A stretch of DNA of 64,000 bases from Eledone cirrhosa (lineage: Eukaryota). A program made the position numbers and the translations under genes. The DNA lies in contig OZ024741.1 in the NCBI GenBank assembly GCA_964016885.1, positions 18,104,001 through 18,168,000 on the forward strand, written 5' to 3'. The notes beneath the pieces were generated by a model, which worked only from the letters and a program-made list of their open reading frames with translations, ran no database searches and had not been told where the DNA came from. Below, piece after piece: positions 26,419 through 40,550 of this stretch (position 1 is the stretch's first letter; each line of letters opens with the position of its first letter).

Positions 26419-27396
26419 TGTAATATAAGTGGTGGAAACTGAACATCCGTGTTGAAGAATACATTAATAAAATCCAAACATCCTTACCACTAGGCCACGT
26501 GATTCCACTTAAGGTTGTATGATGCCCTACGAGATTTGTCACAGCCGGAGAAAATAGTTGTTCCATGTTATTTTCAATAAGAAACTTTCATCTTATCCAA
26601 GCAAGCCATCTCTTGACAGCATTGGAATCAGGATTATATAGCACAAGATCATTAGTGTTTTTATTAGTGTTTTTATACGAAGAAGAATTTTATTTAAAAT
26701 ACATTTATATCATATTGACAAAAAAATAGAAGAAAGGGGGATTGAGATAAGGAGGAAGGAAGAGGGGACAAATTCTACACCCATGACTAGACGGCATTTC
26801 TCAGCTACGCCCCGCGGACAAGATGGCGTACAGTTTTATTACGCTGAAGCTCATTCTCCATATTATTTATATAAAAGAAGAAGAAGAAGAAGAAGAAGAA
26901 GAAGAAGAAGAAGAAGAAGAAGAAGAAGAAGAAGAAGAAGAAGAGGAGAGTAATAAAGTAATAAAGTTTGTGGAGAACATATCTCATAACTTTTATCGAC
27001 TTTCAGTAGACTCCACTAACGACAACATTCTATAATCGATTAGTGAGTGTGTGATTTATGTATCACACTATTTACCCTTCACTACCGCCACTTTCATCGA
27101 TATTCGAAACCTCCCACAGTAGCTGGGGAAGAGGCGTGAAAAAATCGGTCAACAGGCAATCTCAAGTCCACGTAAATAACATACATACCAACGCCATTTT
27201 GGCCATTATACGTGGCATTCAATATATTTTATCGGCGTGATGAATATGTTTGACAGCGACTGTCTTTACAGGTTCCATAGTCACCGTGAATGTTTCGGTG
27301 ATGGAAAACCTGGAGTGTGGCTATTTTTAGTGGCCCTATAGTCATAGAAGTCGTTCCCGTGATGGAGAATTGAGGCTGAAGATGTTTTACTGGAGT

Positions 27397-29245
27397 ATAG
27401 ACACAGTGGTTATTGCCTCTGTGATAGAGAACCTAGACTGTAGCTGTCATTACCGGTTCTATAGACACAGTGGTTATTGCCTCTGTGATAGAGAACCTAG
27501 ACTGTAGCTGTCATTACCGGTTCTATAGACACAGTGGTTACTGCCTCTGTGATAGAGAACCTAGACTGTAGCTGTCATTACCGGTTCTATAGACACAGTG
27601 GTTATTGCCTCTGTGATAGAGAACCTAGACTGTAGCTGTCATTACCGGTTCTATAGACACAGTGGTTATTGCCTCTGTGATAGAGAACCTAGACTGTAGC
27701 TGTCATTACCGGTTCTATAGACACGGTGGTTATTGCCTCTGTGATAGAGAACCTAGACTGTAGCTGTCATTACCGGTTCTATAGACACGGTGGTTATTGC
27801 CTCCATGATAGAGAACCTAGACTGTAGCTGTCATTACCGGTTCTATAGACACGGTGGTTATTGCCTCTGTGATAGAGAACCTAGACTGTAGCTGTCATTA
27901 CCGGTTCTATAGACACGGTGGTTATTGCCTCTGTGATAGAGAAATTAGACTGTAGCTGTCATTACCGGTTCTATAGATACGGTGGTTATTGCCTCCGTGA
28001 TAGAGAACCTAGACTGTAGCTGTCATTACCGGTTCTATAGTCACGGTGGTTATTGCCTCCGTGATAGAGAACCTAGACTGTAGCTGTCATTACCGGTTCT
28101 ATAGACACGATGGTTATTGCCTCCGTGATAGAGAACCTAGACTGTAGCTGTCATTACCGGTTCTATAGTCACGGTGGTTATTGCCTCCATGATAGAGAAA
28201 TTAGACTGTAGCTGTCATTACCGGTTCTATAAACACGGTGGTTATTGCCTCCGTGATAGAGAAATTAGACTGTAGCTGTCATTACCGGTTCTATAGACAC
28301 GCTGTTTGTCTCAGTAATAGAGGATCGTGACTGTAGCTGTCATTACCGGTTCTATAGACACGCTGTTTGTCTCAGTAATAGAGGATGGTGACTGTGGCTG
28401 TCATTACCGGTTCTATAGACACGCTGTTTGTCTCTGTAATAGAGATCGTGACTGTAGCTATCATTACCGGTTCTATAGACACGCTGTTTGTCTCAGTAAT
28501 AGAGGATCGTGGCTGTAGCTGTCATTACCGGTTCTATAGACACGCTGTTTGTCTCTGTAATAGAGATCGTGACTGTAGCTATCATTACCGGTTCTATAGA
28601 CACGCTGTTTGTCTCAGTAATAGAGGATCGTGGCTGTAGCTGTCATTACCGGTTCTATAGACACGCTGTTTGTCTCTGTAATAGAGATCGTGACTGTAGC
28701 TATCATTACCGGTTCTATAGACACGCTGTTTGTCTCAGTAATAGAAGATGGTGACTGTGACTGTCATTACCGGTTCTATAGACACGCTGTTTGTCTCAGT
28801 AATAGAGGATGGTGACTGTGACTGTCATTACCGGTTCTATAGACACGCTGTTTGTCTCTGTAATAGAGGATGGTGACTGTGGCTGTCATTACCGGTTCTA
28901 CAGACACGCTGTTTGTCTCAGTAATAGAGGATCGTGGCTGTAGCTGTCATTACCGGTTCTATAGACACGCTGTTTGTCTCAGTAATAGAGGATGGTGACT
29001 GTGGCTGTCATTACCGGTTCTATAGACACGCTGTTTGTCTCTGTAATAGAGGATGGTGACTGTGACTGTCATTACCGGTTCTATAGACACGCTGTTTGTC
29101 TCAGTAATAGAGGATGGTGACTGTGGCTGTCATTACCGGTTCTATAGACACGCTGTTTGTCTCAGTAATAGAGGATGGTGACTGTGGCTGTCATTACCGG
29201 TTCTATAGACACGCTGTTTGTCTCAGTAATAGAGGATGGTGACTA
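27397..29245. repeat. Compound minisatellite: 14 x 64-bp, then ~15 x 60/61-bp
   Basis: Shared core gactgtagctgtcattaccggttctatagacac; the unit switches at ~28297. Confidence 0.95.
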
Positions 29246-29351
29246 TGGCAACCTCCATCACTTTGTGTTTGGGACATTGTTAGGAAAGAGTTGTGGTATA
29301 GAGTGGATGTGAAAATACTGAGGTATAACACTTTAGGTGTATAGTAAATCG

Positions 29352-30515
29352 TGTACGTCTCTCTAAGTCTCTCTACGTCTCTCTACGTCTCTGCATGTCT
29401 CTCTACGTCTCTCTATGTCTCTGTACGTCTCCCTACGTCTCTCTGCGTCTCACTACGTCTCTCTACGTCTCTCTACGTCTCCCTACGTCTCTCCACGTCT
29501 CTCTACGTCTCTCTACGTCTCTCTACGTCTTTCTACGTCTCTCTATGTCTCTTTACGTCTCTGCATATCTCTCTACGTCTCTCTGTGTCTCTGTACGTCT
29601 CCCTACGTCTCTCTACGTCTCTCTACGTCTCTCTACCTCTCTGTACGTCTTCTACGTCTCTTTATGTCTCTCTATGTCTCTCTACGTCTCTCTACGTCTC
29701 TCTACCTCTCTGTACGTCTTCTACGTCTCTCTATGTCTCTATATGTCTCTCTACGTCTCTCTACGTCTCTCTACCTCTCTCTACGTCTCTCTATGTCTCT
29801 GTACGTCTCCCTACGTCTCTCTGCGTCTCACTACGTCTCTCTACGTCTCTCTACGTCTCCCTACGTCTCTCCACGTCTCTCTACGTCTCTCTACGTCTCT
29901 CTACGTCTTTCTACGTCTCTCTATGTCTCTTTACGTCTCTGCATATCTCTCTACGTCTCTCTGTGTCTCTGTACGTCTCCCTACGTCTCTCTACGTCTCT
30001 CTACGTCTCTCTACCTCTCTGTACGTCTTCTACGTCTCTTTATGTCTCTCTATGTCTCTCTACGTCTCTCTACGTCTCTCTACCTCTCTGTACGTCTTCT
30101 ACGTCTCTCTATGTCTCTATATGTCTCTCTACGTCTCTCTACGTCTTTCTACCTCTCTCTACGTCTCTCTATGTCTCTGTACGTCTCCCTACGTCTCTCT
30201 ACGTCTCTCTACGTCTCTCTACCTCTCTGTACGTCTTCTACGTCTCTCTATGTCTCTCTATGTCTCTCTACGTCTCTCTACGTCTCTCTACCTCTCTGTA
30301 CGTCTTCTACGTCTCTCTATGTCTCTCTACGTCTCTCTATGTCTCTGTACGTCTCCCTACGTCTCTCTACGTCTCCCTACGTCTCTCTACGTCTTCTACG
30401 TCTATCTATGTCTCTCTACGTCTCTGCATGTCTCTCTACGTCTCTCTATGTCTCTGTACGTCTCTCTACGTCTCTCTACGTCTCTCTACGTATCTGTATG
30501 TCTCTCTACGTCTCT
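29352..30515. repeat. 10-bp (ctctctacgt)n minisatellite with 378-bp higher-order duplication
   Basis: Marker cactacg at 29451 and 29829. Confidence 0.92.
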
Positions 30516-30699
30516 GTGTCTGTGTTTGGTGCGTATATACACGCAAGTGTGTGTGTGTGTTTTGTGTGTGTGTGTGTAGATAAATATAAACACATTTATT
30601 TTAAAAGCAGTAAAACAAAAACTACACAATAATGCGTATACTACGCACGCATGGCACCACTCATGCGCACGCAGCCACGTAGTCACGCACGCGCACCTA

Positions 30700-30713
30700 T
30701 ATATATATGTATG

Positions 30714-30780
<67 letters not shown>

Positions 30781-30896
30781 CATTTATATACATATATATG
30801 TGTGCGTGCGCATGTGTGTGCATATACGTGTGTATATATGTTTATATGTATGTATATATATATATATATGTGTATATATATATATATATATATTGA

Positions 30897-30937
<41 letters not shown>

Positions 30938-31471
30938 TCACCTAAGAGAAACGGGGATGCATGTTAGCATGCAAATAGGTTTTCATGGAACTCGCTGCCT
31001 CATCGTGCATCAGTGCATGAACGTACATACACACATATACATATACACACAGACAGACATATACACATATACACACAGACAGGCACACACACAGATATAT
31101 ATACCTCCACACCACACCGCCCACCCATACGTACTCTCCCCTCTCTCTGTCAGTTCTCCCTCACTCACCCCACTCCCATCGACGAGAGTAAGACGTGCAA
31201 TCCTTTAATAATTTATCATACACTGCACAACATCGCCTGAAGGGGGCGTTAAAAATCTACAAACGAATTCAAATGCATACACGCATGCGCCACTACAACC
31301 ACCACCACCCACACAAAAAGCACACATACGCGCAACCATATTTACACACACATACACATGCAACATGCACGAGCATACATAAAAACAGACACACACACAC
31401 ACACACATACATACATACATATATAAATACATACATACATACACATGACACAATTGCAGAAATATACGCTC

Positions 31472-31508
<37 letters not shown>

Positions 31509-31523
31509 TGTGACTACACTCAT

Positions 31524-31560
<37 letters not shown>

Positions 31561-32185
31561 TATACACATGAGCACACACTTCGGTACACACGTGTGTACA
31601 CATATATCCAGGCATGCACATGCATATACACGTATATACGCACTTACACTCACACACATAATTATACGAATAAACGTACTCTAACTTAACAAAAGCTCGC
31701 ATGCATGCACGTACGCACACATACAAACATTCACGTACATATACGTATATACACGTACGCATGCATGCACACACAAAAATACACACATACAAAGCACATG
31801 CAAACACGCGCACACATACAAACACACACACATACACTCATACATGCAGATACAAATGCAAACACACACACACTCACACACATGTGCAAACAAACACGAA
31901 TACATATACAAACACACGGAGGCAAATATGCAAACACACATTCAAACCCACACACGCATACACATGCCGCCACACACATATAAACACATACATGCAAACA
32001 CACAAATGCAAATACACACATACACATGTACATACAAACACACACATGCAAATACACACATACAAACACTTATATGCAAACACATGCAAATACACACATA
32101 CACATACACATGCAAACGCACATGCAAATGCACACATACAAATACCCACATACAAACACTTACATACACAAATATATATATATAA
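30700..32185. repeat. Degenerate (TA)/(CA) low-complexity region
   Basis: Direct reading. Confidence 0.85.
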
Positions 32186-32939
32186 ACACAGTAAAAGAGT
32201 ACATGGTTTGAATTATTGAAAATGGCCGACTACATAGCAATGTTATGAGTCAGAATGCGTAGTTACATTTAAGATGGCGTCACACTCTGTTGCAAACACC
32301 ATTGGACTATCTATAAGTATCACTTCAGAAGGAAAGTGAGAGTGGAGAGAGAGGTGCTACACCCCAGTAAATTCGCTGAAAGGTGGGTGAATGTAGCAAA
32401 AATGGCTCGAGTGAATGGGCCTTCTCTGTATATAAACCTGTAGGTTGCGGAAGATAAACGGGGGGAAGACGGGAACACCTACAAAACGTGTTTCTGGTGT
32501 TCAGGGTTGTTCTATCCACGGGGTGTAAAACAACCCTGCAGTAGTGTTACCCCGCACCGCTAATGGGAATTTCAATTGTTTTATTTTATATAGTTTATTG
32601 TTATTTATCATTGTTAAAGATTTTATGTAAAGCCTCCGCCGTCACGTCTTGCAATGTCCCATTTTTGTACTCCCCTGTGGCAAATAAAGAAAGATATCTA
32701 TCTATCTGTCTAGTGCCCCCCCCCCCCTATTGGGGATTTCGATTGTTGTAATTGTTTGTTTTTATATTTTTTACACGACTGTATGTAAAATCTCCGGCAT
32801 GTCTTTGTATTGTCCCCTTTCTTGTTGCGCCCTTGTGGCTAATAAAGAAATCTATCTATCTACCTACCTATCTATCTATCTACCTATCTATCTATCTCCT
32901 TTGTTGTGCCCCTGTGGCTAATAAAGAAACATATCTATC

Positions 32940-33636
32940 GATGGCGTCGTCGGGCGCTGGACGGAGGGCCCGGTGGACCCGGCTGTCAGTGGAGAATCCA
33001 CCTCGTCATCCTATAGAGGGCTGGTGGTTAGCAGGTGCGACGACGCCCTCGGAGAAGCCCCAGGCATGGAGGAAGACGAACTGGCCAACCTGTTCGGTAG
33101 GACATACAGCCCGAGACCCATGGATAACTTCCAGAGGTCCCTGGCCTGGCAGTGCTACCGAGGGGTTCTGCCCGTCCGAGAAAGGCTCTACAAACACGGG
33201 CGCCCGGGTAGGGACCCCTCGAAAAAGATCTGTCCCAGATGCGTGTGCGGCGAGGAAACCGTTGCACTCGCATTGGTACAGGGCTCAGGTATTGCCGATC
33301 TGTGGGGCTATGTCGAACAACTGCTGTCAAGGGTGGGACCGATCCGGTTGACCACCGAGTCTATTGTAACGATCAAGCCGCCTCCCTTCTTCAAAAACGA
33401 AGAAGAGGCGGTGTTTCTGTGCGTAATAGCCATGGCGAAAGAGGTTGTATGGTGGACGCGTCTGAAAGGACTGAGGTCAGACACCTTTCTCTCTGGCCAA
33501 CAACTGGTCTGTTTCTTCCGATATCAGTTCGGAAGAAGGATCAGGATGGAGGGAGAGGTGCTGCACCCCAGCCGTTTTTATGAAAGTGGCGAGAATGGCC
33601 CGTGTGAATGGGCCTTCACTCTACATCACTATAGGT
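32940..33636 (+). pseudogene. Tx1/L1 ORF2 C-terminal zinc-knuckle fragment
   Basis: AWQCYRGVLPVRERL...CPRC...ETVALAL; paralogous to 34829-35554. Confidence 0.85.
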
Positions 33637-33970
33637 GAGGAAGATGAAAGATCAAGGGAGCACCCCTCTCTGTGCTCCTGAGGAGAAGGGTTGCACACTT
33701 TTTTTTTTGGGGGGGGGGTGCGACCCCGCAAGGCGTCTCCTCCCTATTGAGGATTTTGTTATTAAATTTATTTTTGTTATATTTTATATATTATTTTTTA
33801 TATCTTGTCATTGCCTCTTCCTTATTGAGGACGCCTTTTTATGTAAACTCCTCCCCATTGTACTTGTTCCACTCTTTGATGCCCTGGTGGCAAATAAAAC
33901 GAAAGTTATCTATCTATCTATCTCTCTGCCTACCTATCTATCTATCTATCTACCTACCTATCTATCTCTC

Positions 33971-35554
33971 TCCGGATTGCTGCAATGCACAACAGCAACA
34001 ACTGCTCAAGGGTCAAGGTGAACGGCTACCGCTCAGAGCCGTTCCATATCACGCGATCCATCCGAGAGCGATGCCCTCTCTCCTCCCTTCTGTACGTACT
34101 GACTCTCGAGCCACTACTGCGGAAGTTGGAGCTATTGCAGGGCATCCCTTTGGAACCGGGACTGCGAAAAACGACGTGACAGTAATGGTGTCGAGCACCT
34201 CGCAAATCGAGGAGATCGGCACCTTACTGGAGGAATACGAAAGGTTCACAGGAGCGAAGCTGAACCGGGACAAATCCGTCGGTTTGCAACTCGGAACGTG
34301 GAGAGGCAAACCGATGCCTTCCGATGACGTCGTCGGACGCTGGACGGAAGGACCGGTAAAGCTGCGCGGGGTCTGGTTTGGTCTTGACCTCCAGGTGGAG
34401 AAGAACTGGAACGAGGTGACGGCCAAGGTGTTTGCGCTCACCCAGAAGTGGGCCGAGTGCAAACTATCCTTGAAAGGTCGAGCGGAGGTGGCGAACACTT
34501 TTATAGCGTCCGTCATCTACTACCGCTTGACCGTCGTGCCTTGTCCAGCCAAAACCGCTCACCAAAATGGAGCGCGCGCTCTTCCATTTCCTTTGGAAGA
34601 AACGGGCTCCTTTGGTGAGAAGATCCATCTGCTGCCAACACCCTTCAAACGGAGGGCTGGGGATGCCATGGCTGACGATGCGCAAATACGCGTTCAGGCT
34701 GCGGCACCTCCACGTATTCCTCACCAGACAATCGGTGTTGGCCCCGTTCGTGAGGCGAGCCCTCCCACTTCCCACGACTCATCTCGCTGACCGAGCTGCA
34801 GTCCTGGGTCAATCAAAGACCGAGGAAAATGGGCGACTGGCACATCGAATGTGCTCAGGCGCTCACAGTCCTCTGGCAAACGGACCCGGCGATCAGTGGA
34901 AACTCCACTTCGACATTCTATAGAGGGTTGGTCCGCAGCAAGTGCGACGACACGCTCGGAGAAACTCTAGACGTAGAGGAGGACGAACTGTCCAGTCTGT
35001 TCGGTACGACCTTCCGCCCGGGATCAATGGACAACTTCCAAAAGTGCCTGGCCTGGCAGTGCTACCGAGGAGCTCTACCAGTTCGAGACAAGCTCTACAG
35101 ACACGGGCGCCCGGGTAGGGACCCCTCGAAAAAGATCTGTCCGAACTGCGTGCGCGACGAGGAAACCGTCGCACACGCATTTGTACACTTCCCGGGCGTT
35201 ACCGACCTGTGGGGCTATGTAGAACGACTATTGTCGCGGGTGGTACCAATCCAGTTGACCACCGAGTCCATTGTCATGATCAAACAGCCACCCTCCTTCA
35301 AAAACGAGGGAGAGGCGGTTTTCCTATGTGTTATGGCTATGGTGAAAGAGGTTATATGGTGCACGAGGTTAAAAGGGCTGAGGTCAGACACCTTTCTCTC
35401 CGGCGAGCAACTGATTCGTTTTTTTAAATATCATTTTGGAAGAAGAATCAGGATGGAGAGAGAGGTGCTGTACCCCAGCAAATTTTATAAAAGGTGGGTG
35501 AATGTGGCAAAGATGGCCCGAGTGGTTGGGCCTTCTCTCTATATAAGCCTGTAG
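33971..35554 (+). pseudogene. Tx1/L1 ORF2 RT-to-C-terminus, frameshifted
   Basis: RERCPLSSLLY..LEPL, KLNRDKS, KLSLKGR, GGLGMP, CPNC...ETVAHAF. The YADD region is deleted. Confidence 0.88.
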
Positions 35555-36051
35555 ATTGAGGAAAAAGAGGAAGAGAGGAAGGGAGTACTCACTCATGCTG
35601 CTCCTGGAGATAAGGGTTGTACATTTTTTCGGGGTGTGTACAACCCCTGTGTAACACCTCCCCCCTATTGGGGATATCAATTGTTATTTGTTACTTTATT
35701 AATAGTTTTATTTTCATATACCTATATGTAAACTCCCCATTTGTATTTGTCCCCTTCTTTTGTGCCCTTGGGGCGAATAAAGAAATTTATCTATCTCTCT
35801 ATCTATGGAGTTGAGGGTTGTTCTATCTACGGGGTATAAAACAACCCATTTGTAACGCCCCCACCCCCTATTGGGGATTTCAAATGTTATATTTTCATGT
35901 TAAAACTTTTTTACACGACTCTATGTAAAATCGCCGCCTGCGTCTTTTCTTGTGCGCCCTTGTGGCAAATAAAGACATCTATCTATCTAGCTATCTATCT
36001 TCCCATCTCTGTCTATGCCTCTGTTTGCATGTATACATGTATAGATGTACA

Positions 36052-36097
<46 letters not shown>

Positions 36098-36219
36098 CTA
36101 TATGTGTGTGTGTGTAAACATACACACACACACACATATACGTATATATGTTTATATGTTTATGTGTCTATTTGCTGGTAAATATATATATATATAATAT
36201 TTACCAGCACACACATATA

Positions 36220-36279
<60 letters not shown>

Positions 36280-36285
36280 ATGTTT

Positions 36286-36395
<110 letters not shown>

Positions 36396-36473
36396 CTCAC
36401 TATGTATCTCATTAATATGTAATAGTTTAGAACGGTGGATGATGAATATGACCGACATATCAGCACCAACATA

Positions 36474-36481
36474 TTACTACC

Positions 36482-36517
<36 letters not shown>

Positions 36518-36555
36518 GCTACTACTGCTACTACTGCTACTACTACTACTACCAT

Positions 36556-36598
<43 letters not shown>

Positions 36599-36643
36599 GC
36601 TACTACTGCTACTACTGCTACTACTACTACTACCATTACTACC

Positions 36644-36694
<51 letters not shown>

Positions 36695-36747
36695 GCTACT
36701 ACTACTACTGCTACTACTGCTACTACTGCTACTACTACTACTACCAT

Positions 36748-36790
<43 letters not shown>

Positions 36791-36828
36791 GCTGCTACTA
36801 CTACTACTGCTACTACTACTACTACCAT

Positions 36829-36871
<43 letters not shown>

Positions 36872-36907
36872 GCTACTACTGCTACTACTACTACTACCAT
36901 TACTACC

Positions 36908-36967
<60 letters not shown>

Positions 36968-37020
36968 GCTACTACTACTACTGCTACTACTGCTACTACT
37001 GCTACTACTACTACTACCAT

Positions 37021-37060
<40 letters not shown>

Positions 37061-37098
37061 GCTGCTACTACTACTACTGCTACTACTACTACTACCAT

Positions 37099-37141
<43 letters not shown>

Positions 37142-37228
37142 GCTGCTACTACTACTACTGCTACTACTACTACTACCATTACTACCACCACTACTACTGC
37201 TGCTACTACTACCACCACCACTACTACC

Positions 37229-37270
<42 letters not shown>

Positions 37271-37308
37271 GCTACTACTGCTACTACTGCTACTACTACT
37301 ACTACCAT

Positions 37309-37351
<43 letters not shown>

Positions 37352-37460
37352 GCTGCTACTACTACTACTGCTACTACTGCTACTACTACTACTACTACTG
37401 CTGCTGCTACTACTACTACTACTGCTACTACTGCTACTACTACTACTACTACTACTGCTG

Positions 37461-37491
<31 letters not shown>

Positions 37492-37519
37492 TACTGCTAC
37501 TACTACTACTACCATTACT

Positions 37520-37573
<54 letters not shown>

Positions 37574-37634
37574 GCTGCTACTACTACTACTACTTCTACT
37601 ACTGCTACTACTACTACCACTACTTCTACTACTT

Positions 37635-37675
<41 letters not shown>

Positions 37676-37676
37676 T

Positions 37677-37749
<73 letters not shown>

Positions 37750-37816
37750 TACTGCTGCTACTACTACTACTTCTACTACTTCTACCACTACTACTACTAC
37801 AACTACTACTTCTGCC

Positions 37817-37848
<32 letters not shown>

Positions 37849-37958
37849 TACTGCTGCTACTACTACTACTTCTACTACTACTTCTACCACTACTACTACT
37901 AATACTACTACTTCTACCACTACTACTACTACAACTACTACTTCTGCCACTACTACTA

Positions 37959-38003
<45 letters not shown>

Positions 38004-38060
38004 ATACTACTACTTCTACCACTACTACTACTACAACTACTACTTCTGCCACTACTACTA

Positions 38061-38109
<49 letters not shown>

Positions 38110-38126
38110 CTCTACTACTACTACTT

Positions 38127-38164
<38 letters not shown>

Positions 38165-38277
38165 GCTACTTCTACTACTACTTCTACTACTACTACTACT
38201 ACTACTTCTACTACTACTACTGTTGTTGCTGCTGCTACTACTACTACTTCTACTACTACTACTACTACTACTACTGT

Positions 38278-38308
<31 letters not shown>

Positions 38309-38417
38309 ACTACTACTACTACTGCTGCTGCTACTACTATTACTACTTCTAGTACTACTACTACTTCTGCTGCTGCTGCTTCTGTCATTACTACTACTAC
38401 CACTACTACTACTACTA
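36474..38417. repeat. ~1.9-kb cryptic (TAC)n trinucleotide array
   Basis: TAC with CAC/TGC/TTC variants; source of the 580-720 aa low-complexity ORFs. Confidence 0.97.
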
Positions 38418-38502
38418 AACAATTCCACCATACCTCCGCCACACTTTACCTCCCCCACTCCACACCTCCAATGGAGACATCAATGCAAACAGTGAAGTCC
38501 TA

Positions 38503-38722
38503 GGCTGTGGATTTTTAATAGAATCGGTAGAGCATCGGACACCATGCTTCGTGGCATATAGTTACGGCCCTTTACGTTCTGAGTTGAAATCCCGCCGAGG
38601 TTAACTTAACCTTTCATCCTTACAGGGTCATTAACATAAGGTACCAGTAATACACTGGGGGTTGATTTAATCGACACCCACCTCCTCCAAAATCGCTGGC
38701 CTTGTTCCTAAATCACAAACCT
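38503..38722 (+). mobile_element. tRNA-derived SINE
   Basis: Head agaatcggtagagc, B-box-like gagttgaaatcc, core ctttcatccttacagggtc. Confidence 0.85.
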
Positions 38723-39089
38723 TTATCTTTTTATTTTTTTTCAAAAGGAAAAAAATGAAACTTAAAAAATAACACAAACAATATGACAATAGAACTTATA
38801 GCAATGGCGACTGATTTCTGGCGTCTTCCCTGAACAACCTCCCAGGGTCGGAGTTGGCCATCCACAGGAATGAGCCTCAAGCCGGAAGGGTTATTTCAAC
38901 GCGTCTTCCTCACTAACCTCTGTAGTAACGCTCTTTTCTATATTGTCCACTGGGACCATGAGGTGGTTTGTGCCTAGGGTTTTACACGTCAGCAAACACT
39001 CCCCTTCATTCTCCAGGCAAATATCATCATGGTAGCGATGGTAATGTTCTATGTGTTTTCTTAGTTTTATTTATATTATTATCAACAAA

Positions 39090-39545
39090 GCGGTGGATTG
39101 GCAGTATCGGTAGAGGGTCGGGCGCCATGGTAGGGTGGTGGATTGGCAGTATCGGTAGAGGGTCGGGCGCCATGGTAGGGTGGTGGATTGGCAGTATCGG
39201 TAGAGGGTCGGGCGCCATGGTAGGGTGGTGGATTGGCAGTATCGGTAGAGGGTCGGGCGCCATGCTAGGGTGGTGGATTGGCAGTATCGGTAGAGGGTCG
39301 GGCGCCATGTTAGGGTGGTGGATTGGCAGTATCGGTAGAGGGTCGGGCGCCATGGTAGGGTGGTGGATTGGCAGTATCGGTAGAGGGTCGGGCGCCATGC
39401 TTTGCAAGCAAAGAGTTACGGTTTGAGTTCAAATCCCGCCGAGGTTAACTTTGCCTTTTATCCTTACGGGTCGATAAAATAAAGTACCAGTAATACACTG
39501 GGATAACAGCTGGCCATGTGCCAAAAGTAGAAACAATTATTATCA
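39090..39545 (+). mobile_element. SINE with its 45-bp A-box head amplified x7
   Basis: Units at 39092+45n contain TGGCAGTATCGG; a single B box gagttcaaatcc follows at ~39425. A further SINE 3' part lies at 39553-39700. Confidence 0.88.
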
Positions 39546-40267
39546 TTGAGAACAAATCCCGCCAAGGTTAGCTTTGCCTTTTATCCCTACTGGGTTGATA
39601 AAATAAAGTACCAGTAACGCACTGAGGTCGTTTTAATCGACTTTCCCCTATCCCACCAAAATTGCTAGCCTTGTGCTTAAATCTGAAACCATTATTATTA
39701 TTGCCTTTGTTTATTTGTCTCAATGGGGATTTAGTTTCCTTGACAATTGAATAAATAAACAGAGATGCCAACAGGAAAATTATAGTTACACTTCTAAAAA
39801 CACAAGTAAAATATAGTTTGAGAAGGTTAGTTTGAGCGACGGAAAGAACAGCAACGAGAGTGTCACAACAAACAGTATAAAAGAGTAACATTTGCTAATG
39901 TTGTGGGTCATTGAGAGGTGTAGGACATAAACCTTCCACCTTAGAAGGTCGCAAGACAGAGCGGTTCTTTACCCGAAGATTGTATCGAAAAGAGCCATAT
40001 ATCTGTTTGATGGGTTTTCTATATGCTGTAAAAGAGAGAGAGAGGAGACAGTGCCCTCTGCTTGACAAACAAATGGTTGTGTATTCCTTCAACCGCTACA
40101 TTACATATGGAAGCGTATTTCTAGTGTTTATCACTGAGACTGAAATGAAGAGGGAGGAAATGTTTATATGCTATATGCTATATATCTGTTCAAAGGTGAA
40201 CTCATATGTGACCCGCAGTCATTGAATGTGGAGAGTGAAGTGCTGTCATAATAGAAAAAAAAAATTT

Positions 40268-40293
40268 TTCTTCTTCTTCTTCTTCTTCTTCTT

Positions 40294-40324
<31 letters not shown>

Positions 40325-40550
40325 GGGTTCTGTGAGCCAAGTCTTCAGGCTTGCTTTCCAGAAGGTCCTATCAGAAGCAACCATTTCCAAATGATCCGCA
40401 TGGATCTCCAAGCAAAATCAACCGACCTTATATATGTTAATCAACCATCTTTCTTATGGACAACCCTCGATGTCACCAACGATCCTTTCCTTAGTCATTC
40501 TAACTGCAGGTCCGTTATACAGGAGCTTTGATCTCTCGATACAGAGAAGT
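40268..40550 (-). mobile_element. Probable RTE LINE 3' end with (AAG)n tail
   Basis: Reverse translation ...LEMVASDRTFWK... followed by (aag)n. Confidence 0.55.

Larger units (their letters stand above)
32315..36000 (+). mobile_element. Stack of ~6 5'-truncated Tx1/L1-clade LINE copies, each ending AATAAA-(CTAT)n
   Basis: Copies at ~32315-32710, 32712-32895, 32896-32938, 32940-33970, 33971-35805 and 35808-36000, with homologous 3' UTRs. Confidence 0.85.

Noticed and set aside
29351-30632. Three ~400-aa S/L/Y-rich ORFs
   Set aside because: Translations of a stop-free 10-bp minisatellite in all three frames.
38968-39426. Repeat protein ([15 protein letters not shown])n
   Set aside because: The 45-bp unit is the SINE head.
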